DNA from: Patescibacteria group bacterium
GTDB taxonomy: Bacteria > Patescibacteriota > Patescibacteriia > UBA2591 > CALHIP01
Length of the DNA: 32,993 nt
Direction: 5' to 3'
Assembly (NCBI GenBank): GCA_046289355.1
Contig: JBKBVX010000001.1
Location: forward strand, 1 to 32,993
Below the pieces are notes generated by a model. That model had not been told where the DNA came from. It saw only the letters and a program-made list of their open reading frames with translations, and searched no databases. A program made the translations under genes and the position numbers. How positions within the stretch are numbered: position 1 is the first letter of the stretch; every line of letters starts with the position of its first letter. Shown here in pieces: positions 16,182 to 25,131 of the stretch.

Positions 16182-16254
16182 GCCGCGTTCGTCTAATGGC
16201 TTAGGACATCAGGTTCTCAGCCTGATAATATGGGTTCGATTCCCATACGCGGTA
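16182..16254 (+). tRNA. tRNA-Glu (anticodon CUC), CCA not encoded
   Basis: Manual cloverleaf. Acceptor GCCGCGT/ACGCGGT (G1-U72 wobble). D stem GTCT/GGAC. Anticodon stem TCAGG/CCTGA with loop TTCTCAG. 4-nt variable loop. T arm ATGGG-TTCGATT-CCCAT. Discriminator A. U11-A24, U13-G22 and the short variable loop match Glu identity features. Confidence 0.92.
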
Positions 16255-16268
16255 CAACATTTAAAAAC

Positions 16269-17201
16269 TCATTTTTTATTTTTTAAAAAATCATTAATTA
16301 ATTTTTTTGCCTCTTGATAATTTTTAATCCATTTTATACGTTTATCTCGTTTAAACCAACTCATCTGACGACGACTGAACTGTTCAATTGCCCTTAATAA
16401 CTGATCAACCATTTCTTGATAAGTTATTTTTTTCTGTAAATAAAAGGCAACCCAACGATAGTCAAGACCAAATTCTTCTAACCTTTTCCAAGAGAGACCA
16501 CTTTTTTTAAGTTTTTTCACTTCTTCAATCAAACCCCTTTTTAATCTCTTTATTAATCTTTTTTTAATTAATTTTTTTAATTCTTTTTTTGTTTTTTTTA
16601 TCCCAATAATTAAAATTTGATAAGGGAGAGGATTTTTTTTGAGAGGTGGTACTGGTTTTTTAGTAGTTAAAACTATTTCTAAGGCTCGAATCAATCTTCT
16701 TGGATTTTTTCTTTCAATATTTTTAGCTCTTTGCGGATCTAATTTCTTCAACATCTTATAAAGTTCATTAACTGATTTCTTCTCCAATTTTTTTCTTAAT
16801 TGCCAGTTTGGTTTAACATGAGGAATAACTAAACCATCGATAAGGGCATAAATATAAAAACCACTCCCTCCAACAATGAGTGGGATTTTATCTTTTTTAA
16901 GAATCTCATTTATTTTTTTAGAAGCCAATTTTTGATAATGGGCAACAGTAAATCTTCTTTTTGGCGAAACAACATCTAAAAGATGATGAGGAATGCCATA
17001 ATATAAATATTCTTTTGAATTTTTATCTTTTGGCACTTTATCAGTACCAATATCCATGCCTTTATAGACTTGTCTTGAATCAGCAGAGATAATTTCAAAC
17101 TTTTGTCCAAATTTTTTTTCAAAAAAGAGAGCCAGCTTGACAGCTAAAAGAGATTTACCACTGGCTGTTGGACCTAAAATAACGATTAATTTGTTATTCA
17201 T
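16269..17201 (-). CDS. miaA: tRNA dimethylallyltransferase MiaA
   Basis: P-loop ILGPTASGKS and DSRQVYKGMDIGTDK, plus a basic C-terminal tRNA-binding region. Confidence 0.92.
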   Translation of the reverse strand: MNNKLIVILGPTASGKSLLAVKLALFFEKKFGQKFEIISADSRQVYKGMDIGTDKVPKDKNSKEYLYYGIPHHLLDVVSPKRRFTVAHYQKLASKKINEILKKDKIPLIVGGSGFYIYALIDGLVIPHVKPNWQLRKKLEKKSVNELYKMLKKLDPQRAKNIERKNPRRLIRALEIVLTTKKPVPPLKKNPLPYQILIIGIKKTKKELKKLIKKRLIKRLKRGLIEEVKKLKKSGLSWKRLEEFGLDYRWVAFYLQKKITYQEMVDQLLRAIEQFSRRQMSWFKRDKRIKWIKNYQEAKKLINDFLKNKK

Positions 17202-17203
17202 AT

Positions 17204-17476
17204 TTATTCTACTTCAACAAATTTTGCCCATTTTAATTTGCCTGTAAAGCGAGGTATTTTCCGCCAGACAAATTTTACTTTTCCTTCTTTAATTGCATAT
17301 AAAGTATCATCTCTTCCTCGTCTCACATTTTTTCCGGCTCTGAATGGTGTACCCCTCTGACGAACAATAATTGAGCCTGGTTTTGCTTTTTGACCAGCAA
17401 ACAATTTAACACCCAATCTTTTTGCTTGCGAGTCTCTTCCTAAGCTTGTTGAAGTACCTGTTTTTTTATGTGCCAT
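17204..17476 (-). CDS. rpmA: 50S ribosomal protein L27
   Basis: [24 protein letters not shown]...[19 protein letters not shown] is the L27 signature. Confidence 0.95.
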   Translation of the reverse strand: MAHKKTGTSTSLGRDSQAKRLGVKLFAGQKAKPGSIIVRQRGTPFRAGKNVRRGRDDTLYAIKEGKVKFVWRKIPRFTGKLKWAKFVEVE

Positions 17477-17513
17477 AATAATATTAATTATTATTAAAAA
17501 CTATATTTAAATT

Positions 17514-17544
17514 ATCAAATTTGACCGATTTTGTCAAATTTGAT
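17514..17544. promoter_or_regulatory. 31-bp inverted repeat holding two copies of the palindrome TCAAATTTGA, overlapping divergent promoters
   Basis: ATCAAATTTGAC (17514-17525), spacer cgatttt, GTCAAATTTGAT (17533-17544). Plus strand: TTGACC (17521-17526), 17 nt, TAAAAT (17544-17549). Minus strand: TTGACA (17537-17532), 17 nt, TAATTT (17514-17509). Confidence 0.4.
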
Positions 17545-17555
17545 AAAATTATCTT

Positions 17556-17936
17556 ATGGAAGAAATCTCCCTTCTTAAAGCAATTAGAGAAATAAGTCGA
17601 ATTTCCATTCGAAAAGAAAAAATTTTAGTAAGTTTCTTAATTTTTACCTTTATCATTAATCTTTTTCTTTGGTTTTTTATTTACCTCAATTATAAAAATT
17701 TAAGTGAGACAGTGATTATTCATTATTCAGCCATAACAGGCGTTGACCAGATTGATAAAAAAATTTATCTTTTCAAGATGCCCCTTGCTGGGTTATCTAT
17801 CTTGATTATTAATTTTATTTGCTTGACTATTTTATCTAAAAAGAGTGAGAAACTTCTTTCTTATTTTCTTGTTTTTTCTTCTTTTATTATTAATATTTTT
17901 CTCATATTATCTTCGATCCTAATTGTTACAGTATAA
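17556..17936 (+). CDS. Small three-TM membrane protein (DUF1648-like pattern), function unknown
   Basis: 126 aa with three hydrophobic helices. The first loop, IIHYSAITGVDQIDKK, resembles the DUF1648 'H-x-n-x-G-x-D' pattern. The stop is 1 nt before the argS ATG. Confidence 0.5.
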   Translation: MEEISLLKAIREISRISIRKEKILVSFLIFTFIINLFLWFFIYLNYKNLSETVIIHYSAITGVDQIDKKIYLFKMPLAGLSILIINFICLTILSKKSEKLLSYFLVFSSFIINIFLILSSILIVTV

Positions 17937-17937
17937 T

Positions 17938-19689
17938 ATGTCTGAGATAAAAATCATCAAAGAGACAATTATAAACAATCTAAAAGAGACTATCAAAAAA
18001 GAATTTGGTGAAGACAAGATTTCCGGTTTAGAATTTGATTTGGAAACACCACCTGAAGCGAAAATGGGTGATTTTGGTTGGGCTTGTTTCAAATTGGCTA
18101 ATAAAATTAAAAAATCTCCAGAAGAAATAGCCAAAATTTTATCTTCTAATATTAAATCAGATGAAATCATTGAGAAAGCAGTAAATATTGGTCCTTATTT
18201 GAATTTTTTTCTTAATAAAGAAAAATGGTTTGCTATAACAATTAATGAAATTTTAGAAAAAAAAGAAAATTTTGGTCGAGGAAATATCGGTCAAGGAAAA
18301 AAAATTTTAATAGAATTTTCTTCTCCAAATACTAATAAACCACAACATTTAGGACATTTACGAAATAATCTTTTAGGGGCAAGTTTAGCCAATCTTTTTG
18401 AAAGTCTCAACTACGAGGTAATTAGAGTAAATTTAATTAATGACCGAGGAATACATATTTCTAAATCAATGTTGGCCTACCAAAAATGGGGGGAAAATAA
18501 AACACCAGAGACAGAAAAGATGAAAGGCGATCACTTTGTTGGAAAATTTTATAATCTTTTTGAAGAAAAAGTCAAAGAAGATCCACATCTTTTAGAGGAA
18601 GCTCAGATGCTTTTAAAAAAATGGGAAGAAGGTGATCAAGAAACATGGCAACTTTGGCAAAAGATGAATGGTTGGGCAATGGAAGGATTCCATCAAACTT
18701 ATGAGAAATTAAAAATTAAATTTGATAAATGGTATTATGAAAGTGAGACGTATAAAATTGGCAAAAAAATAGTTTTAGACGCTTTAGCTAAGAATCTTTG
18801 TTATCAACGTGAAGATGGAGCAATTGAGATTGATCTTTCTAATTATCGTTTAGGAAAAAAAGTTTTAATTCGGGCTGATGGCACAGCTATCTATATTACT
18901 CAAGATTTGGGATTAGCCAAATTAAAATATGATGAATATAAACCTGATTTGTCTCTCTATGTCGTTGGTTCAGAACAAGAGCATCATTTTAAAGTTTTAT
19001 TTAAAGTTTTAGAGATTTTTGGTTTTGATTGGGTGAAAAATTGTTATCATCTTTCTTATGGTCTGGTTTTTCTCCCTGAAGGAAGAATGAAATCAAGAGA
19101 AGGAAAAGTAATAGAAATTGATAAACTATTGCCAGAGGTAAAAAATATTGCTAAAGGAGAGATTCTTAAAAGAGATAAAGAAATATCTCCTCAAGAGTTA
19201 GAAGAGAGAGCTGAGAAAATTGCCCTTGCTTCTATAAAATTTTCTTTTTTAAAAATTAATCCAACTGAGAATATTCTCTATCATCCGGAAGAAGAAATTT
19301 CTTTTGAAGGAGCAACTGGACCTTATCTTCAATATACTTATGCAAGAATTTTAGGAATACTAAAAAAATTGCCACCAACCGATAATCAATTATCAACAAC
19401 TGATTTAGATTATTCAGTTTTAAAAGAACCTTTGGAAATTGAAATTTTAAAATTACTTTTTAACTTTCCAGAAGTTGTAGAAAAATCAGCTCTTTCTTAT
19501 AACCCTTCTTATCTGGCTAATTTTCTTTTAAAATTAGCTCAAACTTTTAATACTTTCTATCATCAATTACCAGTTTTAACAGCAAGAAAAAAAGTCCGTC
19601 AAGCTAGAATGGCTCTTATCAAATCTGTTGCTCAAGTTCTGAAAAATGGTTTAGGATTATTAGGTATTGATGTTTTAGAGAAAATGTAA
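17938..19689 (+). CDS. argS: Arginyl-tRNA synthetase
   Basis: Class I HIGH region SSPNTNKPQHLGHLRN, a KMSKS-like MKSREGK, and the C-terminal DALR anticodon-binding domain (...ARMALIKSVAQVLKNGLGLLGI). ATG 17938 (MSEIKII) is preferred over 17923. Confidence 0.93.
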   Translation: MSEIKIIKETIINNLKETIKKEFGEDKISGLEFDLETPPEAKMGDFGWACFKLANKIKKSPEEIAKILSSNIKSDEIIEKAVNIGPYLNFFLNKEKWFAITINEILEKKENFGRGNIGQGKKILIEFSSPNTNKPQHLGHLRNNLLGASLANLFESLNYEVIRVNLINDRGIHISKSMLAYQKWGENKTPETEKMKGDHFVGKFYNLFEEKVKEDPHLLEEAQMLLKKWEEGDQETWQLWQKMNGWAMEGFHQTYEKLKIKFDKWYYESETYKIGKKIVLDALAKNLCYQREDGAIEIDLSNYRLGKKVLIRADGTAIYITQDLGLAKLKYDEYKPDLSLYVVGSEQEHHFKVLFKVLEIFGFDWVKNCYHLSYGLVFLPEGRMKSREGKVIEIDKLLPEVKNIAKGEILKRDKEISPQELEERAEKIALASIKFSFLKINPTENILYHPEEEISFEGATGPYLQYTYARILGILKKLPPTDNQLSTTDLDYSVLKEPLEIEILKLLFNFPEVVEKSALSYNPSYLANFLLKLAQTFNTFYHQLPVLTARKKVRQARMALIKSVAQVLKNGLGLLGIDVLEKM

Positions 19690-19718
19690 AATTTCATTTA
19701 AATAAATTTGATCTTTTT

Positions 19719-20870
19719 ATGGAAAATAAGAAGAGAAAAAAAATTTCTGTTGTTTTACCATGTCTTAATGAAGAAAAAACCATTGGCATTTGTATTGAAA
19801 AAATAAAAAAAGCATTTCTCAAATATAATCTTGATGGAGAAATTATCGTTGCCGATAATGGTTCAACAGATAGATCAGTAGAAATTGCTAAAAATGCTGG
19901 CGCTATTGTTGTTAAAGAACCAAAAAAAGGTTATGGCAATGCTTATCATCGAGGTATAGCGGAAGCAAAAGGAGATTTCATTGTGATAGCCGATTCTGAT
20001 AATACATATGATTTTGATGAGATTAATAAATTTATTGAACCATTAGAAGAAGGTTATGATTTAGTAATAGGCAATCGTTTTGCTGGAATGATGGATAAAA
20101 AAGCAATGAGTTTTTTATCAAAGATTGGTAATCCAATCTTATCAGGAATAATGCGTCTTTTTTTTAGAAGTAAAATTCACGATTCACAATGTGGGATGAG
20201 ATCATTCACTCGAACTGCTTATAATAGATTAAATTTACAAACCAGAGGGATGGAATATGCTTCAGAAATGATTGTTAAAGCTATTTGGCAAAATTTGAAA
20301 ATTAAAGAGGTACCAATTAGTTATGCTCCAAGGGTCAGTAAATCAAAACTTTCACCATTGCGCGATGGTTGGCGCCATCTAAAATTTATGTTACTTTATA
20401 CTCCAAATTGGCTTTTTCTTGGACCAGGTATTTTTTTATTTTTGATAGGTTTGATTCTTTTAATTGCTATGACATTTGGTGAATTACGAATTGGCAAAAT
20501 AATTTTACATCTTCACCCTATGTTTTTAGGTTCTTTATTGGTTTTGCTTGGCTATCAAGTTTTTTCATTTGGAATTTTGACTAAAATTTATGCTTTCTCA
20601 AAAGGTCTAATGCCAAAAAGTAAATTAGTTGATTTTTATTTAAAGCATTTTTCTTTAGAAAAAATTTTACTCCTTGGTCTAATTATCTTTTTAATTGGTT
20701 TTGGTTTAGCTCTTTCTATTTTTATTGTTTGGGCTCGAAGTGGATTTGGTGCCTTATTTGAAATTAGGAAATCATTAACTGCTATTACTTTAATGATTTT
20801 AGGTATCCAAATTATTTTTACCGGTTTTTTTTACGATATTTTTTTGATTGGTCTTCGTGGTTATAAATAG
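19719..20870 (+). CDS. GT2 glycosyltransferase with C-terminal four-TM domain; polyprenyl-phosphate sugar synthase-like (DPM1/GtrB/ArnC class)
   Basis: ISVVLPCLNEEKTI, ADNGSTDRS, the DxD motif ADSDNTYD, and QCGMRSF. The last roughly 150 aa form about four hydrophobic helices. Confidence 0.8.
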   Translation: MENKKRKKISVVLPCLNEEKTIGICIEKIKKAFLKYNLDGEIIVADNGSTDRSVEIAKNAGAIVVKEPKKGYGNAYHRGIAEAKGDFIVIADSDNTYDFDEINKFIEPLEEGYDLVIGNRFAGMMDKKAMSFLSKIGNPILSGIMRLFFRSKIHDSQCGMRSFTRTAYNRLNLQTRGMEYASEMIVKAIWQNLKIKEVPISYAPRVSKSKLSPLRDGWRHLKFMLLYTPNWLFLGPGIFLFLIGLILLIAMTFGELRIGKIILHLHPMFLGSLLVLLGYQVFSFGILTKIYAFSKGLMPKSKLVDFYLKHFSLEKILLLGLIIFLIGFGLALSIFIVWARSGFGALFEIRKSLTAITLMILGIQIIFTGFFYDIFLIGLRGYK

Positions 20871-20881
20871 AAATAATTTTT

Positions 20882-21775
20882 ATGCCAGAGATTTCAATTG
20901 TAATTCTGACAAAAAATGCAGGAAAAAGATTTAAAAAAATTTTAAATACAGTTTTCAATCAAAAAATTGAGAAAGAATTTGAAGTAATCATTATTGATTC
21001 AGGCTCAGATGATAAAACTTTAAAGATTGCTCGTCAATTTCCAGTTAAAAAAATTTTAGAAATTAAACCAGAAGATTTTGGACATGGGAAAACAAGGAAT
21101 TTAGCTACTTTATTTTGTCAAGGAAAATATATAGTTTTTTTAACCCAGGATGCGATGCCAGCTAGCCAAGAGTGGTTAAAAAATTTAGTTAGCCCACTTC
21201 TTAATAGTTCGGTGGCAGCAACTTTTTCTCGTCAAATTCCTTATCGAGGTACCAATCTTTTTCAACAATATTTCTATCATTTTCTTTATCCTGAAAAAGG
21301 AAAAACCTCTCTTTTAGGTAATGTTTTTTTCTCGAATGTTTCATCAGCAATTAAGAAAGAAATTTTAGAAAAAATAAAATTTCCTGAAGACTTACCAATG
21401 AGTGAAGATCAAGCTTGGGCAAAACAAGTTTTAGAAAATGGCTACAAAATTATTTATTTACCTCAGGCAGCTGTCTTTCATTCTCATAATTATAATTTTT
21501 TGACAAATTTCAAAAGAAATTTTGATTCAGGGTTGAGTTTAAAAAAGATTGGTTTGATAAAAAAATCTCGCTTCTTGTTTAAAGTACCTCTTTATCTATT
21601 CGGTGAAATTTGGTTTTTAATCAAAAAAAGATTAATTTTCTTCATTCTTTATTTACCATTCATGTTTTTTTATGAATTTTTTCGTTTTCTTGGTTTTTGG
21701 CTTGGCATTCATTATGAATGGTTACCAATTTCATGGAGAAAAAAATTTTCATTCCATAAGAAAAATTTAGAATAA
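20882..21775 (+). CDS. GT2 glycosyltransferase (rhamnosyltransferase-like)
   Basis: ISIVILTKNAG, IIDSGSDDKT and FLTQDAMP, typical of GT2 rhamnosyl/glycosyl transferases. The C-terminal tail is hydrophobic. Confidence 0.75.
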   Translation: MPEISIVILTKNAGKRFKKILNTVFNQKIEKEFEVIIIDSGSDDKTLKIARQFPVKKILEIKPEDFGHGKTRNLATLFCQGKYIVFLTQDAMPASQEWLKNLVSPLLNSSVAATFSRQIPYRGTNLFQQYFYHFLYPEKGKTSLLGNVFFSNVSSAIKKEILEKIKFPEDLPMSEDQAWAKQVLENGYKIIYLPQAAVFHSHNYNFLTNFKRNFDSGLSLKKIGLIKKSRFLFKVPLYLFGEIWFLIKKRLIFFILYLPFMFFYEFFRFLGFWLGIHYEWLPISWRKKFSFHKKNLE

Positions 21776-21786
21776 ATAAAATTATT

Positions 21787-22953
21787 ATGAAGATTGCTCA
21801 TATTGTTTCAACTTTTCCACCTTATTTTGGAGGAATGGGAAATGTTTGTTATTGGCAGGCTAAAGAATTAGCTGAGCTTGGTTATGAGATAACAGTTTTT
21901 ACACCTTGGCGTGGCGAAAGGTTTGAAATAAAAGATGAAAAATTTAAAATTCAATATCTTTGGCCATTGTTGAAATATGGAAATGCTGCCTTGGTTCCAG
22001 AGATTTTTATCCATTTAGAAAATTTCGATATTATTCATCTTCATTATCCATTTATTGGTGGTGCAGAAATAATTTTTTTTAAAAAAATCTTTTCTTTAGT
22101 ACCAGTTGTTCTTCAATATCAAATGGATTTTACTTTACCTGGATTTTATTCCTTAATTTCTCGTCTTTATAACCGTAGTTTCAATTGGTGGATAATGGAG
22201 AAAGTAGAAAAAATTATTGTTTCTTCATATGATTATGCAAAAGAATCAAAATATCTTTCTTATCTTTTAGAAGAAGATCAAGAAAAAATTATTGAAATTC
22301 CCAATGGGGTAGATCCAGAATTTTTTAAACCAGAAAAGAAAAAAAATAAAGAACTTTTAAGAAGATACCATCTTTCAGATAAAGATAAAATTATTCTCTT
22401 TGTTGGTGGATTAGATAAAGCTCATTATTTTAAAGGATTAGATATACTTCTTAAGGCAATCTCAAATCTTAGATCTCATATTTTAAATGTTAAATTGTTA
22501 ATTATTGGAGAGGGAAATTTAAGACCAAAATATGAAAAATTGGCCGAGAAATTGGCTATTACTAAAGAGGTAAAATTTTTAGGAAAAATTCCTCAACAAG
22601 AATTACCAACTCATTATAATTTAGCTGATGTTTTTGTTCTCCCATCAATTAATCGTAATGAATCTTTTGGATTGGTTTTATTAGAAGCAATGGCCTGTGG
22701 CAAACCTTGCGTTGCTTCAAATTTAGCTGGTGTTCGGACAGTTGTTGATAATTATAAAACCGGCTTTCTAGTTAAAGTTGGTAATTCAGATGATTTAGCT
22801 GAGAAAATAGAAATTCTTTTAGTCAATAAAAATTTAGCTAAAAAAATGGGTGAGGCAGGAAGGAAAAAAGTTTTAGAAAAATATTATTGGAAGAAGATTG
22901 TTAAAAAATTGGAAGAATTATATAAAAATATAAAATTAAGTTTTAAAAAATAA
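21787..22953 (+). CDS. GT4 glycosyltransferase
   Basis: N-terminal FPPYFGGMGN and C-terminal NESFGLVLLEAMACGKPCVASN (EX7E). Confidence 0.85.
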   Translation: MKIAHIVSTFPPYFGGMGNVCYWQAKELAELGYEITVFTPWRGERFEIKDEKFKIQYLWPLLKYGNAALVPEIFIHLENFDIIHLHYPFIGGAEIIFFKKIFSLVPVVLQYQMDFTLPGFYSLISRLYNRSFNWWIMEKVEKIIVSSYDYAKESKYLSYLLEEDQEKIIEIPNGVDPEFFKPEKKKNKELLRRYHLSDKDKIILFVGGLDKAHYFKGLDILLKAISNLRSHILNVKLLIIGEGNLRPKYEKLAEKLAITKEVKFLGKIPQQELPTHYNLADVFVLPSINRNESFGLVLLEAMACGKPCVASNLAGVRTVVDNYKTGFLVKVGNSDDLAEKIEILLVNKNLAKKMGEAGRKKVLEKYYWKKIVKKLEELYKNIKLSFKK

Positions 22954-22962
22954 TATCTTAAG

Positions 22963-25131
22963 ATGACTGTATTTCAAAAAATTAGCGAAGATAAAAAATT
23001 CATCTTTACAACTCTGGCGGTCTTATTCTTATTTATTTTATTTCTTAATTTAATTTTTTGGCAAAATGCTATTTTAGGTTTTTTCTTTTCTCTTTTCTAC
23101 TTTCTATTTTTATCTTTTTGGTTGAGTAAAATTTTCTCTTATTTTTTTGTTGGCAATAAAGAATTTAGGTTTATTTTTGGTTTATTTCTTGTTTTTTATC
23201 TTCCCGCCTTTGGTTTAGCTATACCAATTGTTTTTTTAAAAATTACATCTTTTTATTTTTATATTTTTCTCTTAATTTTTACTTTAATTATTTCTTTTTT
23301 TAATCATCGAATAAGATCATCAACGAATAAAATAAATGTTGAAAAGGAAAACAACTTTAAGATTTCAAAATTTTTCTATCTTTTATTTTTTATTTTTTAT
23401 CTCATTGGTTGGTTCTTTATTTTAAAAGCTCGGACAGGTGATTATCTTCTTTCTCCATGGGATGTGATTCCAAAATATTATCATCTAATTTGGTTTTTTT
23501 TAGCATTCCTTTTGATTTTTTTTATTTTTTCTCAACCGAGGATTAAAGAAATTTTATTTTTAATTATTCTTGTTTCCCTACTTTTTCATGCTTATCTACC
23601 TTTTGTTAGCGAAAACTCTTTTGGTGTTGATCGCTGGCGTCATGTTGGTGCTGAGAGGCGATTGATGCGGGGCGAGATAGAATTTCCGGCTTTAATTGGC
23701 AAAGTTGATTATCTCAAAATTGGACCAATTTCTTTGCCACGAGTTTTTTTAATGCCAAATAAATTTTCTTACAGTAATCAATGGGGGATGACAATCGCTT
23801 TATCCTGGTTGACACAAATTGATATTTTAAAAATTGATCAATATCTTATCTGGTTTTTGTGGTCAATATTTTTTACTATCTTTGTCTATAAATTAAGTCA
23901 GATTATTTTTGAAGAAGAAAGACTTTCTCTTTTGATAACCTTTATCGCTTTATTTTGCTTTTTCTCTCTCCAAGTTGGTGGGGCTATTACTATTCCCCAT
24001 GCTATTGGTCTTTTGCCATTTTTGTTTTTCCTTATAGTTTTCTTTTCTTTTTTAAAAAATCAATTTCCTGATCAAAATAAAAAATTTTTATTCCTTATTA
24101 TTTTTTCTTTCTTTCTTTTAATTTTCAATTATCTTCTCTATTTAATTTTAGCTTTAGAAATTTTTATTTTTGGTTTAGTTTTAAAAAAAGGAGAAAAGGT
24201 AAAAAAAATAATTTTGCCAATTTTAATAATTATTTTTATTTTTTCTTTACCTTTATTTGATCGCCTTTCTAATACCTCATTTTTTGCCTACCAGTTGGTT
24301 GAAGCAATTAAAATTTTGCCTAAAAAAATTTTTGAATTCATTAAAATTTTACCAAATTATCTCTATTATAAAGGAAATGAAAAATTAGTTTTATCTGTGA
24401 AAAATTTTCTTTGGATTTTGATTTTTACTCTAATTGTTTTTTTAATAATGATTTTTGGACTTTTTCAATGTTTTAGAACTACTTCATCTTATTCTTTAAA
24501 GATTTTGATGATTTTTATTTTAATTTTCTTAGCCAATCAGTTTATCAGTTTCTCTTTTATGAAAAATTATCGACTTCTTTCAACAAGAGTTATCAATGTT
24601 TTTATTTTAATGATGAGTATTTTTTTTGCTGTTGGTCTTTATGAAATAATTAAAAAATTTAAATTTAAAAAGATATTTATTTTAATTTGTTCTATCTTTC
24701 TTTCTTTTCTTTCTTTGACAACTTATATTTCTGGCCCGAACTATGGCAATGTGACTAAAGATGAGTTAGAGGTAGCAAGATATATCGATCAAGAGATAAA
24801 ACTTTTAAAGATCCATCTTTCTGATGTTTGTATTTTTGATACAGGATGGCGATTATTAGCCGTTGAAGCAATAAATGGAATAATTGGTGGGAATTTCCCA
24901 ACTCATCCAATTGATTTTGTTCAGAAAGAAAAAGATGAATTATATCGTCAGATGTTAAAGAATCCATCAAGAGATATTTTAGATAAAACACTTAAGATCA
25001 CCGGTGCTAAAAAATGTTTTTTTGTTGTTAATCAATCTTGGTTAAAACCAGAAATTTTCAAAAAAATAAAAGAACTTTTAGGTACTCCGAGAATAAAAAA
25101 TAATACTTATATTTGGCAATATACACTCTGA
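22963..25131 (+). CDS. Large polytopic membrane protein (about 16 or more TM helices plus a roughly 130-aa soluble C-terminal domain); possible GT-C-type glycosyltransferase or polymerase
   Basis: 722-aa ORF, extremely F/L/I-rich. One long hydrophilic loop (SENSFGVDRWRHVGAERRLMRGEIEFP...) and a C-terminal non-hydrophobic domain. It is operon-linked, with a 9-nt gap, to three glycosyltransferases. Confidence 0.55.
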   Translation: MTVFQKISEDKKFIFTTLAVLFLFILFLNLIFWQNAILGFFFSLFYFLFLSFWLSKIFSYFFVGNKEFRFIFGLFLVFYLPAFGLAIPIVFLKITSFYFYIFLLIFTLIISFFNHRIRSSTNKINVEKENNFKISKFFYLLFFIFYLIGWFFILKARTGDYLLSPWDVIPKYYHLIWFFLAFLLIFFIFSQPRIKEILFLIILVSLLFHAYLPFVSENSFGVDRWRHVGAERRLMRGEIEFPALIGKVDYLKIGPISLPRVFLMPNKFSYSNQWGMTIALSWLTQIDILKIDQYLIWFLWSIFFTIFVYKLSQIIFEEERLSLLITFIALFCFFSLQVGGAITIPHAIGLLPFLFFLIVFFSFLKNQFPDQNKKFLFLIIFSFFLLIFNYLLYLILALEIFIFGLVLKKGEKVKKIILPILIIIFIFSLPLFDRLSNTSFFAYQLVEAIKILPKKIFEFIKILPNYLYYKGNEKLVLSVKNFLWILIFTLIVFLIMIFGLFQCFRTTSSYSLKILMIFILIFLANQFISFSFMKNYRLLSTRVINVFILMMSIFFAVGLYEIIKKFKFKKIFILICSIFLSFLSLTTYISGPNYGNVTKDELEVARYIDQEIKLLKIHLSDVCIFDTGWRLLAVEAINGIIGGNFPTHPIDFVQKEKDELYRQMLKNPSRDILDKTLKITGAKKCFFVVNQSWLKPEIFKKIKELLGTPRIKNNTYIWQYTL

